A stretch of 64,000 bases of DNA from Mobula hypostoma (lineage: Eukaryota), in contig NW_026948167.1 of assembly GCF_963921235.1 (NCBI RefSeq), forward strand, positions 124,001-188,000. Direction: 5' to 3'. The notes beneath the pieces were generated by a model that saw only the letters and a program-made list of their open reading frames with translations, made no database searches and was not told where the DNA came from. Position 1 is the stretch's first letter. Each line of letters opens with the position of its first letter. The position numbers and the translations under genes were made by a program. Shown here piece by piece: positions 51,001 through 64,000 of this stretch.

Positions 51001-54000
51001 GTGAGTGCGCACGTTGAGAACAGACCCTCTGGGTTAGAAAACAAACCATAACCAGAGCAAGTGTCCACGCGCACCCGTGCATGTATATTTTATAATGTGG
51101 ATATGATGGTCTCCCACGTAGCAAACTTGCAAAGTGGACAGGAAGGGAATATCTTATGTGGAATGTAGACATTTTTTAAAGAGATGTATTCCCAGAGAGA
51201 GAGAGTATACGCAAGATATCTTTCATATTTACATCATAAATGCGCGAGAGAAAATATAAGGCATGTGGATGAATAGGCAATTGAATCTAAGGTCTTTTAT
51301 GTGAAAGATCTACATTGTGAGCCAGTAATACACAAGGTATGTAAAAAAAAGCAACAATATGTGATAGAAATTATGTGCAATCAAGATTTAAAAAAAAAAT
51401 TATTACAGTGAACGGGATATGGATATATACTGCAGTGTGTGTCAATATTGCAGGGAATGACATACAGGATATTTTAATATTAATAATTTTAATATCCAAA
51501 ATAACACACACACACACAAAATATTGGAGGACCTCAGCAGGCTCCCCATCATATTGTGTATGTTATTCTGGATTTCCAGAACCGTCAGAATATCTTGTGT
51601 TTATTATTGTAATATGTACATCGTATGTAAGCACAAACATTTGAGTGAGAGCTTATTTAGTGCAGAAGTAATGATCCACACACAAACACAAGAGACTTTA
51701 AAATGTTCATTATATAAAAGCATCAGAGAGAAGATGTGTAATGCAGGCAAACATGTGTGAGCCATTGTAAGAGGAAATACACAAGATATTTCTACAATCT
51801 CTGTTCTCATACTGAATAATGTAGATAAAATGTGATCAGTTATTAGAGAGAATGGTACACAATTTATTTTAATATCCGTGTTATATGAAATCATAAATAT
51901 GTGAGAGAAAATATAAGTGATAGAGATCACCAGAGTGGGCAGGTAAGTGCAAAATCTATTAATATCTGCATTATGTGGGCTTTCAGCCAAATTTAGAAAG
52001 AATAAAGCAAAAGATGTTTTAAAATCTACATTGAATAAAAGTATCAGTATGTGGAATGTGAGCCAACTTAGAGAAAAATACACAAGTAAACACAAGATAT
52101 TTAAAAATCTATATTGTATGAAAACATATAAAACCTGAAAGATGTGTAAAACAGATCAAAATGGAAGCTTTCATTAGAGGAAATCTTACACCAGATAAAC
52201 ACAAGATATCCTCATAGTATGAAAACATGCAATGAAAATGTCTAGAGTTTCACTATATTGCATGGGAAAAATGTAAGTATATCTGGACACCAATGTCTTT
52301 GTGACCTCCTGATATGTATTCTGAGGTTGCATAGAGAGGCAGAAAGAGGAATATAGTACCACTAACATCTACATGCAAAATGATCACATATTCTACACAG
52401 AGTAAACATAAACATACTGTATAATGAGACGTTTTAATGCCCACATTCTATATAGAGTGCAGATGTTACATGGAGGGTGATATCAATCATAGTACAAAAT
52501 TGATATGTATATGTATATTCTTATAATACCTCGTATATGTAGGTTTCTTAGAAATGTGCCTAGATATGAGAGAGATTGGGGTTTATATCATATGAAGAAG
52601 AGTATTACATTTTAGGCAAGTGAAGATTAGTGAATACAGAATGATATATCTACATTGTATGAGAAAGAGTTGCATATAAAATGTATGCAGGTAATAATAG
52701 AAATATTAAGATGCACACTCTGCAAGAAGCATGCATATAAAAAACGAGGTAGAGTGACAGTGTACTATCTACATTATATGAAGTTAAATGCTTTATATAT
52801 GAAATTTATAAATATGTATATGAGAGAGAGATATAGATATGAGACAGATTGGGGGTTTATATTGTATAGAAAAGAGTAAATATTTGCATATGGGAAATAC
52901 ATATGGTTGCAGGGAATAGTGTCTCTATTGTATAAATGGGGTTATATGATATATATAAAATGCCTATAGATTTAATGCATAGAGAGGTACTTTACTCCAT
53001 TAGAAGCACGAATATCAGATATAGAATAAATACTCATATAAATTAGAATTTATATCTACATTTTTTGAAAATGTGTTAAATGTTATTTTCGTAAGTACCT
53101 AGATATGAGAGAAATTAGTATTTATTTTCTATAACGAGTAAATGTTACATTTAAGAGAATTGGGAGAATTATTGTTATATGGTAAAGGCTTAATTGTTTT
53201 ACATAGTACATTATACATTGTATATAGACTTGCAGAGAGTGACACATAATTGAGTACATTTGCTATATTAAATAATACAAATGTTAAATATGGAAAAAAA
53301 ACTAAAGAGGAATTAGTAAGTACATAAGGGAAAAATTCCATAAATATTATAGAAAGTACAATTTTATATGCAAGATTGCCAAAAATAAGCAGGAATAAAT
53401 CTTTATTACATTAAGAGTATTATACAGATAGGCACATGCAAGGATATTGTATAATGAATTAAAAACGGTCAGAGAGAGAGAGGGCAGGTGTGTGAAAAAT
53501 ACAAACTCCTTTTAACGTGAGGGAAATGGGGGGCAATCATATATTTGGAGAAAGCCATAAGTTAAGGCGGGAGAGACAAATGCTCTGAATAGAGTGGAAA
53601 AGAAATATTAATTTGTGTGGCTAAAGTGTTGGTGTCCAATTTAACAGGAAGACTAACATATATGAGGCAGGAGAGAAGGATCCACTGAAAGATCAATATG
53701 TCTTCAAAAGCAAGTAGAAGATTAACAAATATATCATAGGGTAATATATATATATATATAAAAGTATCTGCAAAGTTTCATACAAGCACATACAGTCACA
53801 GAAATAGGTTTAACAAAGTCCACTGACATAATATAATGCTCCTGGCTTTAATTTACATATATCATCAAATGTCTGCACGGGCTAGTCTGTAATATCTGAA
53901 GCAATTCTTCCTAACTTTTGTAGACCTGGGACCTAGGGAATTTCTTTTAAATTAAAAAAAAACTTAATTTAAAGAATGTAGCACTGGTTTGGGTAGACAA

Positions 54001-54135
54001 TGGGTTGAAACGCAATTGAGCCACTACATTCAGGCACGAGATCAAAAGCATCACGGCGCCTTCAGAATATTTTGGTCAATAAATTGAAACATAATTTTGG
54101 AAGGGGAAAGGGATGATTTATATTTAAAAAATTAA

Positions 54136-55188
<1,053 letters not shown>

Positions 55189-55879
55189 AACCCCCGCCCC
55201 ACCAGTTTGTGGTATCCCGATCACACACATTCGTAGTTTANNNNNNNNNNNNNNNNNNNNNNNNNNNNNNNNNNNNNNNNNNNNNNNNNNNNNNNNNNNN
55301 NNNNNNNNNNNNNNNNNNNNNNNNNNNNNNNNNNNNNNNNNNNNNNNNNNNNNNNNNNNNNNNNNNNNNNNNNNNGAAGAAGAGAGAGTAGATGGGGGAA
55401 GGGCGGAGGGAGAGAGAGAAACTGAGGGCCGAAGGGAGAGGGGGACAATGGAGATGGGGAGAGAGAACGAGAGAGAAGGTAGGAGAGTGAGAAAAGAGAG
55501 GAGGATAAAAGAGAGGAAGAGAGAAGAGCCGGGGAAAGAGTAGGACAGCGGGATAGGGAGAAAGCCAGAGAGCGAATAGGGAGATAGAGAGAATGGAGAG
55601 AGAGAAAGAAATTGGAAAGAGCAAGGGGAAGGGGAAGGGTGCGAGAAGAGAGGGAGGGAGAGTGGCGATGGAGAAAGAGAGAGATGAAAAGTGGGAAGGG
55701 GAGAGAGGAAGGGAGAGAATGGAGAGAGAGAGAGAAAGAAAGGCGAGAGATAAAATAGGAAGAGTGGGTGGAGTTGGAGAAAGAGATAGGGACAGAAAGA
55801 GGGATAGAAAGAGAGAGAGAAATGCGTGATTGGGCTTGTAAAAACGTGTTGTGCAAAGCCATAAAGAGGAAAATGAACC

Positions 55880-56052
55880 CCCCTGCCTCTCAGCTCTAGT
55901 GACAGGGGTTCTGTTCCCACTGTTTGTGTGTGGTGGGGGGGGAGGGGCGTGGTGGCGTATTCGTGGGACCGTGGGGAGAATGTGATGGAATCGGTTCAAA
56001 TGTGTGGTTGGTGATCGGCACGGACCTGATGGACCGAAGGGCCTGTTTCTGT

Positions 56053-56055
<3 letters not shown>
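55880..56055 (+). mobile_element. Degenerate SINE with a CR1-like tail, downstream of the hoxc6 stop
   Basis: CTGCCTCTCAGCTCTAGTGACAGGGGTTC head; GGTTGGTGATCGGCACGGAC..GATGGACCGAAGGGCCTGTTTCTGTGCT tail running into (CT)n. Confidence 0.65.
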
Positions 56056-56098
<43 letters not shown>

Positions 56099-57369
56099 AT
56101 TTCTCTCTCTCACTCTGTCATTTCTCTCTCTCTCTCTCCTCTTTATCTCTCGCTTACTCTGTCTCCCCGTCCCCCATCTCTCTCCCCCGTCTGTCCGTTT
56201 CTGTCTGTCTCTCTCTCTCAGTCCCTCTCTCTCTCTTTCTTTCTATCTATCTGTATCTCTCTTTGTCTCTTGCTCTTTCTCTCTGACTCCAAATTTTGGC
56301 AAAGAGGATTTAACGTTGTTGGAGGCTTTTTAAAAAATTAAATGTGGGACAAAACAAGATCCCGCTAAATTTAAAACAAAAACTCCAAGAAAGAGAAGAA
56401 AGAAAGAGAGAGGGAGAGAGGAGAGAGAAATAGAGAGGAGAGAAGGGGTAGAGGGAGAGAAAGAGAGAGAGATAGAGAGGAGAGAGAGAGAGAAAGGCGA
56501 GGCCAGTCCCCACCCACACACATGCATCCATTTCCTCTCCCTCGCTTAAAAGCACACGCATAAACTTACAAAACCCGGTCTACGCGATTAGATTAATATG
56601 TAATAAAAGACTCCTAGGAAACAAGTTACACGGCAAACGCTATACTTTAAGGCCGGACCGTTTCCATGCGCCGGTTTTGCCTCGAGTTTACAATTCCGAA
56701 TCCATACCCAAGCCCCGACCACCACCACCACCACCCTCCCCAAAGTAAACCCACAACAACGAAAGAGAGAAAAAAATAAAATCCTACTGCAAATCAGGAA
56801 TTGGAAATAACCCAACCGCTCAATCTCTCTCGTTGTCTTTGCGGTAAGGGAAGAGCGTGAATTTAAACGTAACACCCCCCCCCCTCCACTCCGCACACAC
56901 CACCACCACCACTAGACACATTTCCCCGCAAACAACTAAACAGAACTGATCCCACGCTGCAGAAAGGAGCGAGTTCACGGTTAAAAAAAAACGGAAAAAA
57001 TGCAAATCGTTACTCTCAACAAACCCGTGAACAGTGAATATAAGGCTATTTCGGAACGTGTGTGAGTGCGCGATTATTTGCAAAAAGGAAACGGCATCTC
57101 CCGCATTGTTTATGCTCCAGACAAATGTTAAAACCCGTCTACAGCAAAATAAAATACTTAAGCTGTTATTCTAAAATAAACCGAACTAATTATTATCCAA
57201 AATCATAATGTTTAGTGTCCTGTAAAAGATTTCTTGAGGGGGAGGTTAGATGTATGTTCTGCTTTGTCTTAATCGGCACTTCACAGAATGCCGAACGGAT
57301 TGCAGCACGAAGGGACATAAGTACATAATCCCAGCAAAGGTATTGCACGCAGATATGTAGACTTTGTAA

Positions 57370-57726
57370 ACATATTATCCAAACAGAATTGTGTTACAGG
57401 TATAGTTTCTCAAAGAGAAAAATGTGTACAGATGCACGCACAGTGAAATGAAACAAGTTTCAAACACAGAGATGTATACAGAAACACACACACACACATA
57501 CACCAAAACAGTACAAAGTCGCAGTAGAAATGTAAACGAAAATGTATACAGATACACACACAACACAGATAATAATTCTCAAAGCAGAAATGAATAGGGA
57601 TACACATTAAACACAATAACTACAAATGCGCACGCACACACACAAATATACAAATCATCAAAGCAGAAATATATATAGATACGCGCAACATGGAGGTATA
57701 TATTCGGAAAAGACAAACAAAACACT

Positions 57727-57763
<37 letters not shown>

Positions 57764-58200
57764 TTCCAATACAAAAATAAGTTACACGGAACACAGAAGC
57801 TATGTTTTTGCATGGCGTGTTGCCGTATAGACACGTGTACCAAAAAGATATGTATACTCGGCAACACCATTTCAAATAAGTACGCAAAGTCAGAAACGCA
57901 CAGATGCTACGCAGCAAAGTAGCACATGTGTAACACATGCATAATTATACACAAATAACAAAACGATACAAGTTCTCAAAGCACAAATACAGATATGTGG
58001 ACTCGCAGACGAAGTACAGATGCATATGCATCGATCGATCCAGAAGGAAATACACACGGAGAGACAAGCGCTGGTAAACACAACGTGAGGGAGACAGGGA
58101 CACAGGGCAACAATCACAGAAACACAGAGAGCCATCAAAAGCGGACGGATACAAACACCTCGTCTACAGCCTCAGATACAGATACAACCGCTCCCCGATG
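57370..58200. repeat. Degenerate A/C-rich minisatellite
   Basis: Recurring TTCTCAAAGCAGAAATG...TACAGATACAC units. Confidence 0.6.
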
Positions 58201-58554
58201 CACATGTCATAAAGTTTTAAAAAAAAGTTTTGTTACGGTTCTGTTTTGTCGAGGCGCTGTAAATCTCAGACAGCAATAAGTAGAAATAAATGTGGCAGAA
58301 TCTGCCTGGGATTTACAAGGCCCGGGACTGTCCTTGGGGTTATATGAGACAGAATGCACTGAGCGCTTCCGCTTCCACTCGAAGCAAGATTTTTTTTAAT
58401 AAACGTTGAAATATTTGTGGAGGTGTGTCAATGGGTTAATCCTGCCTTTATCAGTATTTATATACGCGGAGAGAAACAGAGGAAGAGAGAGAGAGGAGCG
58501 AGGGGAGAGACACCGAGACTTTCTATTTGTATCTGTGTGTGTTACAGAGAAAGA

Positions 58555-59005
58555 AATTTACAAGGATGTTGACGGAACTTGAGGGCCTGGGCGATAGGGA
58601 AAAGTTGAATAGGTTAGGACTTTAATCGGAGATTTGGAGGTGAGTAAGGGAGATTTGATAGAGATATACAAAATTATGAGGGTTATAGAGTAAATGCAAG
58701 CAGACTTTTTCCCTCTGAGGTTGAGTGAGACTAGAACTAGAGGTCATGGGTTAAGGGTGAAAGGTGAAAAGTTTAAGGGAAATTTCTTCAGTCAGATGGT
58801 GGTAAGGGTGTGGAACGAGCTGCCAGCGGAAGTGGTGAATGCGGGTTCGATTTCAACATTTCAGAGAAATTTGTATAGATATCTCGATGGGAAGGGTATG
58901 GAAAACTATGGTTCAGGTGCAGGTCGATAACACCAGGCAGAATAATAGCTCGGCGCGGACTAGGTTGGCTGAAGGGCTCGTTTCTGTGCTGTAGCACTCC
59001 ATAAC
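58555..59005 (+). mobile_element. CR1-type LINE 3' fragment
   Basis: FFPLRLSETRTRGHGLRVKGEKFKGNFFSQMVVRVWNELPAEVVNAGSISTFQRNLYRYLD; GGCTGAAGGG...TTTCTGTGCTGTA tail. Confidence 0.88.
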
Positions 59006-59739
59006 TCTAAATGTGTCGTCGGCCCGAAACATCGACTGTTTATTCCCCTCCATCGATGCTGCCATAGTTCCTCCAGCATTTTGTCTGTGTTGCTCAGGAC
59101 TTCCAGCATTCCAGCATCTGCAATATCTCTTGCTTCTATGTTTGTATCTGTGTTATGTGTGTGTGGGGGGGGGGGAATAAAAAAGGAAATGTATCTATAT
59201 CTGTATTTAGCTGTGTGTATTTGTGTTTGACAGGGTGGGGAAGACGGAGATAATGTATTAATTTCGATATCAGTATAAAGTGCGGGGCAGTGGGGAAAGA
59301 GTGAGTAAGAGAGAGAAAGAGAGAGACGTGTAAAGAGAGAGAAAGGGGCGAGATAGAGACAGATATAGATAAAGATATAGTTGATATGCAAAGCATGAAA
59401 GGAGAAACTTTATACGAAGTTTGCAGAAAGTTTTATTCACTGACAGGTTAAAGAAAGTTTTCTAGGATGTGAGNNNNNNNNNNNNNNNNNNNNNNNNNNN
59501 NNNNNNNNNNNNNNNNNNNNNNNNNNNNNNNNNNNNNNNNNNNNNNNNNNNNNNNNNNNNNNNNNNNNNNNNNNNNNNNNNNNNNNNNNNNNNNNNNNNN
59601 NNNNNNNNNNNNNNNNNNNNNNNNNNNNNNNNNNNNNNNNNNNNNGGCGTCTGTATGCATGCATGTGCAAAAGAGGGAAACCGTCTATATCGACCTGCTT
59701 GCTTGTTTGTGTGTGGGAGTGTGCGTTTTTGAGAAGGGA

Positions 59740-60085
59740 GAGGAAACAGATCGTGTGTGAATTTCTATAACAGTATTATGTTCGTGAGGAGAGAGAGAGA
59801 AAGCAGAGAGATGAAGTGTACATTTTTCTAGCAAGGTAATACGTGCATGAGAGTTTGTGTCAACATCTATATCTGTGTGTGTATGTGTGTAAGAGAGAGA
59901 GAGAAAGAGAAAGAGAGAGAGAAGACGGAGATAATATGTGAATTCGTATATCAGAATTATGTGCGTAGAGAGAGAAAGTAGAGAGATGAACTGTACATTT
60001 CTCTAGCACGGTATTACGTGCGTGAGAGTTTCTGTCTACATCTATATCTCTGTGTGTGTGCTTGTATCTGTGTTTGTGTGTGAGA
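59740..60085. repeat. ~175 bp tandem duplication
   Basis: GAGAGATGAA.TGTACATTT.TCTAGCA.GGTA.TACGTGC.TGAGAGTTT.TGTC.ACATCTATATCT occurs near 59806 and 59981. Confidence 0.8.
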
Positions 60086-60238
60086 CAGACAGAAATAGGG
60101 GAAGGGGAGAGGGGGAAGACAATGAGAGGAGAAGGGACTGAGAGGGGAGAGAGGGAATGAGTGAGGGGGAGAGAGTGAGAGTGAGTGAGAGAGAGAGAGA
60201 GATTGAGAGAGAGGAGGTCGCCGCTCTCTCCCTGTCCA

Positions 60239-60254
60239 ACACCAGATGTCGCTA
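60239..60254 (+). promoter_or_regulatory. Candidate CTCF site 3' of hoxc6
   Basis: ACACCAGATGTCGCTA, two departures from the consensus, in a unique-sequence island among repeats. Confidence 0.35.
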
Positions 60255-61143
60255 CAAGTCCACCTCTGCAAGTTCAATAAAGTCGACCTGTGGCCCAGTG
60301 ACAGCGACGCGGACAGCTTAGTGATGCTGCAGGAGTGATTCTCCCTCAGTCTCATAAACTCCCTGTCCCGGGGAGGGGAATGGCAGAGGTGGAGTGTGAG
60401 GGTGAATGCAGATGGCGGACAGAAAGGGGAAATGGGGAAGGAGATAAAGAGAGGGGGACAGAAATAGAAATTGGACTGAAAATGGGATAGAGTGGGTGGA
60501 TGGAAGAAGTTGGGGGGGAGACAGAGAACTTGAAAGGAAGAGACTGAGATAGAAAAAGAATTGTAGCGGAGAGTGGGAGGGAAGTGAGAGGGGTAGAAGA
60601 GGGGAGAGGAAGAATGAGGGGATAAAGTGGAAGGAGATGAGAGAAAATGGGAGGAAAAGAGGGAGTGGAATATACAAACACACACATGCACACGTTATAA
60701 GGCATGCAAAATATCAATTAATTCCTAAACTGTACTGCCCAAGAACATTTGACAGGTCGATTGTACCCTCTCTCCTTTCCTCTGTTCATACACTTCACAC
60801 TTTCTTTACCTTCCTTTCTCACTCCCCTCGCCCTCCCTCTCTCTCATCATGTCTCCCACCCGGGAGATGTATCAGCGGTAACTTATCCCTCAGTGAGTCT
60901 AAGTCCTGGTTCTGGACTTCCCTCCCCAAAAGTGCTGTGGGAGCATCTTCCAGTCCTCTCACAGACAGTGGCAGCTCTGAGAGGTGTCCCCACCCCAGTA
61001 CTGGGGGGTGTGGGGTAAATAAATATTAGTCACACCTGAACCCAAAGAGTGAATTGGAGTATCCCAACATTGAAACTAGTGAACCCTATATGATGTTGGG
61101 GTTGTTGAGACTGGAATTAAGGATTAAGTTTCATATTCCTGAT

Positions 61144-61522
61144 CTGTAGACGGTGGAGAGGTGATGGGGCGGATGTGGATTGCATGGACTAACTCCACCA
61201 GAGCAGGTGGGGAGTGTTCCATCATACTCATGACTTGTAAACGGTGGAGAGGTAATGTGGTGGATGTGGAGTACATGGCCGAACTCCATCTGGGCTGTGG
61301 GGAGTGTTCCATCACACTCCTGACCTGAAGAAGGTGGAGGGGTAATGTGGTAGATGTGGAGTACATGGACTAACTCCACCTGGGCAAGTGGGGAGTGTTC
61401 CATCTCACTCCAGACCTGTAGACGGTGGAGAGGTAATGTGGTGGATGTGGAGTACATGGACTAACTCAAACTGGGCAAGTGGGTAGTGTTCCATCACACT
61501 CCTGACCTGTAGACGGTGGAGG
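61144..61522. repeat. 91 bp minisatellite, 4 full units plus a partial unit
   Basis: Unit starts at 61144, 61235, 61325, 61416 and 61507. Consensus CTGTAGACGGTGGAGAGGTAATGTGGTGGATGTGGAGTACATGGACTAACTCCACCTGGGCAAGTGGGGAGTGTTCCATCACACTCCTGAC. Confidence 0.93.
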
Positions 61523-61849
61523 GACCTTGATGCTGTTTAGTCGATTGGTTGTTATTATCGGTTTTCTAGTTGTTTAATATGATTTGTATATGGAATTTTA
61601 TATGAAATTATTATTATTATTATTATTAGTTCAGTTGACAGCAAGTTGATTGGCATGAACATAGAGCTAAAGGGTTTGCTTTCATGTTCAACTCTGTAAC
61701 GTTCCTGTGGATGGGTACGTGATTGTGCGTGGAGACTTCTGTACTTCACCAATAAACCCAATTCTGTAACATCATCCCCAGTACCTTGTAGTTTAGTTTG
61801 ACATATTAATTTTCATTCCCACTTCTCTCCTCATGTACCACCAAGGTCA

Positions 61850-64000
61850 ATTTTCTACCCCACTGTTATCAGACTATTAATGATGAATGTTGACTTCTTG
61901 AGGCAGTGCCTCCTGTAGATATTACTGATGGCGGGGAGGGATGTATCACTGATGTGTTGTGCTAAACCCATTATTCTGTGCAGCTTTTTATGGCTTGATA
62001 TGGTAACTACTCTGCCCGAGACTGCCAGGAACTGCAGAGAGTTGTGCACACAGCTCAGCATCTTCTCCATGGACTGGGTCTACATTTCTCACTGCCTCAG
62101 TAAAGCAGCCTGCATAATCAAAGACCTCACCCATACTAGACATTCTCTCTTCTCTACCCTCTCCATTGGACAGAAGACACAAAATCCTGAAAGCACACAC
62201 CACCAGGCTCTATCCCACTGTTATAAGATTATTAAATGGTCCCCTAGTATGATAAGATGGACTCTTGACCTCACAATCTACTTCATTTTGACCCTTTCTT
62301 CTTATTGTCCACCTGCACTGCACTTTCTCTGCAACTGTAACATTTCATTCTGTTTTGTTTTACGCAATTACTAAATTGATGTACTGATGCGATGAACTGA
62401 TATGAATGGGTGACAAGCAAAACAACATTTTTCACTGTCCCTCAGTACACCTGACAATAATCAAACAACTTACCAGCTGGGAGACACGAAAGAGACAGCA
62501 GATTCTAGAAATCTAGAGCAATACACATGAAATACTGAAGGAACTCAGTATCCGTGGAGGCAAATTGACAGTCAATGTCTTGGGCTGAGACACTTCATCA
62601 GGACCGGAAAGGAAGATGCCAGTATAAAAAGAGTGGAACAAGTTCAAGGTCTGTAGTTCAAAGTAAATTTATTATGTGTATGCTACCATATATTACCTCG
62701 AGATTCATTTTCTGGTAGGTATGTACAGGAAAATGAAGAAATACAATAGAATTTATGAAAAAACTACACATAAACCAAGACTTAGAGCAACCAGTGTGAA
62801 AAAGGAGCCAACTGTACAATAAAAATAAAAATACTGAGAGCATGAGTTGTAAAGAATCCCTGAAAGGGAGTCTATGGGTTGTAGAATCAGTTCAGAGTTG
62901 TGGTGAGTGAAGTTATAAGGCCAGTTCAGAGCCAGTCCACACTGGTTCAGGAGCCTGATGGTGCATGGTAATAACTGTTCCTGAACTTGGTGGTGCTGGA
63001 CCTAAGGTTCTGCAGCTCCTGCCCAATGCTACTAGTGAGAAGCAGGCATGCCCCAGATGGTGGAGGTCTTTGATGATGGATGCTGCTTTCTTGTGACAGT
63101 GCTCCTTGTAAATGTACTCAGTGGTGGGAGAGTTTTGCATGTTATAAACTGGGCTGTATCCACCACTTCCTGTAGACTTTTCTGTTCCTGGCCATAGGTG
63201 TTCTCATACCAGATCAGGATACTCTCCACTGTGCATTTATAGTGGTTTGTCAAAGAGCTGGAGGATGGAAGGTGGATCCAGGAGGGGGAGGGAGAGAATA
63301 GGAGTGATGTAAAAAACTGGGAGGTGATGTGTTATTTAGCAATGTAATATTTACAGCACAGAACTTCACAGCAAAGGAGCAGGCTCTTCATTCTACAATG
63401 TTGCTCCACATTAATTAAACACCTATCTGAACTAATCTCTTCTGCCTACACAACGTCAATATCCCTCCATTCCCTGTGCATTCATCAGTCTGTCTAACAA
63501 CCTCTTAAGCATCTCTGTCATATTAATGCTGGTTAATGTAAAACAGTAAGAAAAGGTTTTCTGAGATTTCAAGCACACCACAGCAATGTCAAGTTTATTG
63601 TCACACACACAAATACAAATGTGCAGAGGTGCAGTGAAAAACTTACTTGCAGCAACATCACAGGCAGAGAGCATCAGAAACACAACATTCACAAGAAAAA
63701 ACATAAAACACAATTTTTACAATTCGTTTCCTGACTGGTTGCATTATGGGCTGGTATGGCAATTTGAATGGGCATGTAACAAATGCAACTGTAACGAAAA
63801 CCAATTTCCCCCGGGATCAATAAAGTATGACTATGACTATGACTATGAACATAATAAGCTGCAGAGAATAGTGGACTCTGTCCAATACATCATGGGTCCA
63901 TCTCTCCCCACCATCAGTAGTGTCTACAGGAGGTGCTGCCTCAAGAAGGCAATGTCCAAATTATGAGGGATATAGATAGAGTAAATGCAAGCAGGCTTTT
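61850..64000. mobile_element. Nest of LINE fragments on both strands
   Basis: Repeated RT C-terminal motifs LPAISNIYRRHCLKK (-), CLSKAACIIKDLTHTRHSLFS (+), LQEVVDTAQFIT..HCHKKAASIIKDLHH (-) and KLQRIVDSVQYIMGPSLPTISSVYRRCCLKKA (+). CR1 pieces at ~63345-63530 and 63960-64000. Confidence 0.85.

Noticed and set aside
61144-61522. CRISPR-like array or coding repeat
   Set aside because: Head-to-tail units with no unique spacers in a vertebrate genome, and the 91 bp unit breaks the reading frame.

Overview
Central part of a vertebrate HoxC cluster on the + strand, with three intact two-exon genes: hoxc9 (10440-13313), hoxc8 (25993-28134) and hoxc6 (50634-55188). There is no group-7 gene between C8 and C6, as expected for HoxC. 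No hoxc5 is visible in the ~8.8 kb after hoxc6, and no miR-196 hairpin in the ~10 kb before hoxc9. The interspersed repeats (HE1-like V-SINEs, CR1/HER1-like LINE 3' ends, other LINE tails, short palindromic elements) point to an elasmobranch, probably a ray (inference). That matters because HoxC is absent from skate and was once thought lost in all elasmobranchs. Unlike typical gnathostome Hox clusters, this one is heavily invaded by transposons, microsatellites, degenerate minisatellites and purine/pyrimidine-skewed tracts, and the proteins are divergent. Even so, recognisable regulatory elements remain: the 3' core of the Hoxc8 early enhancer (17624-17663) with a locally duplicated 5' flank, a strong CTCF motif (19711-19743), three miR-196 target sites in the hoxc8 3' UTR, PBX-HOX/Cdx site clusters, and an orphan promoter with a spliced first exon at ~36.8-37.4 kb. 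The window has six N-gaps. All homology statements come from my recall of known sequences; no search was run.
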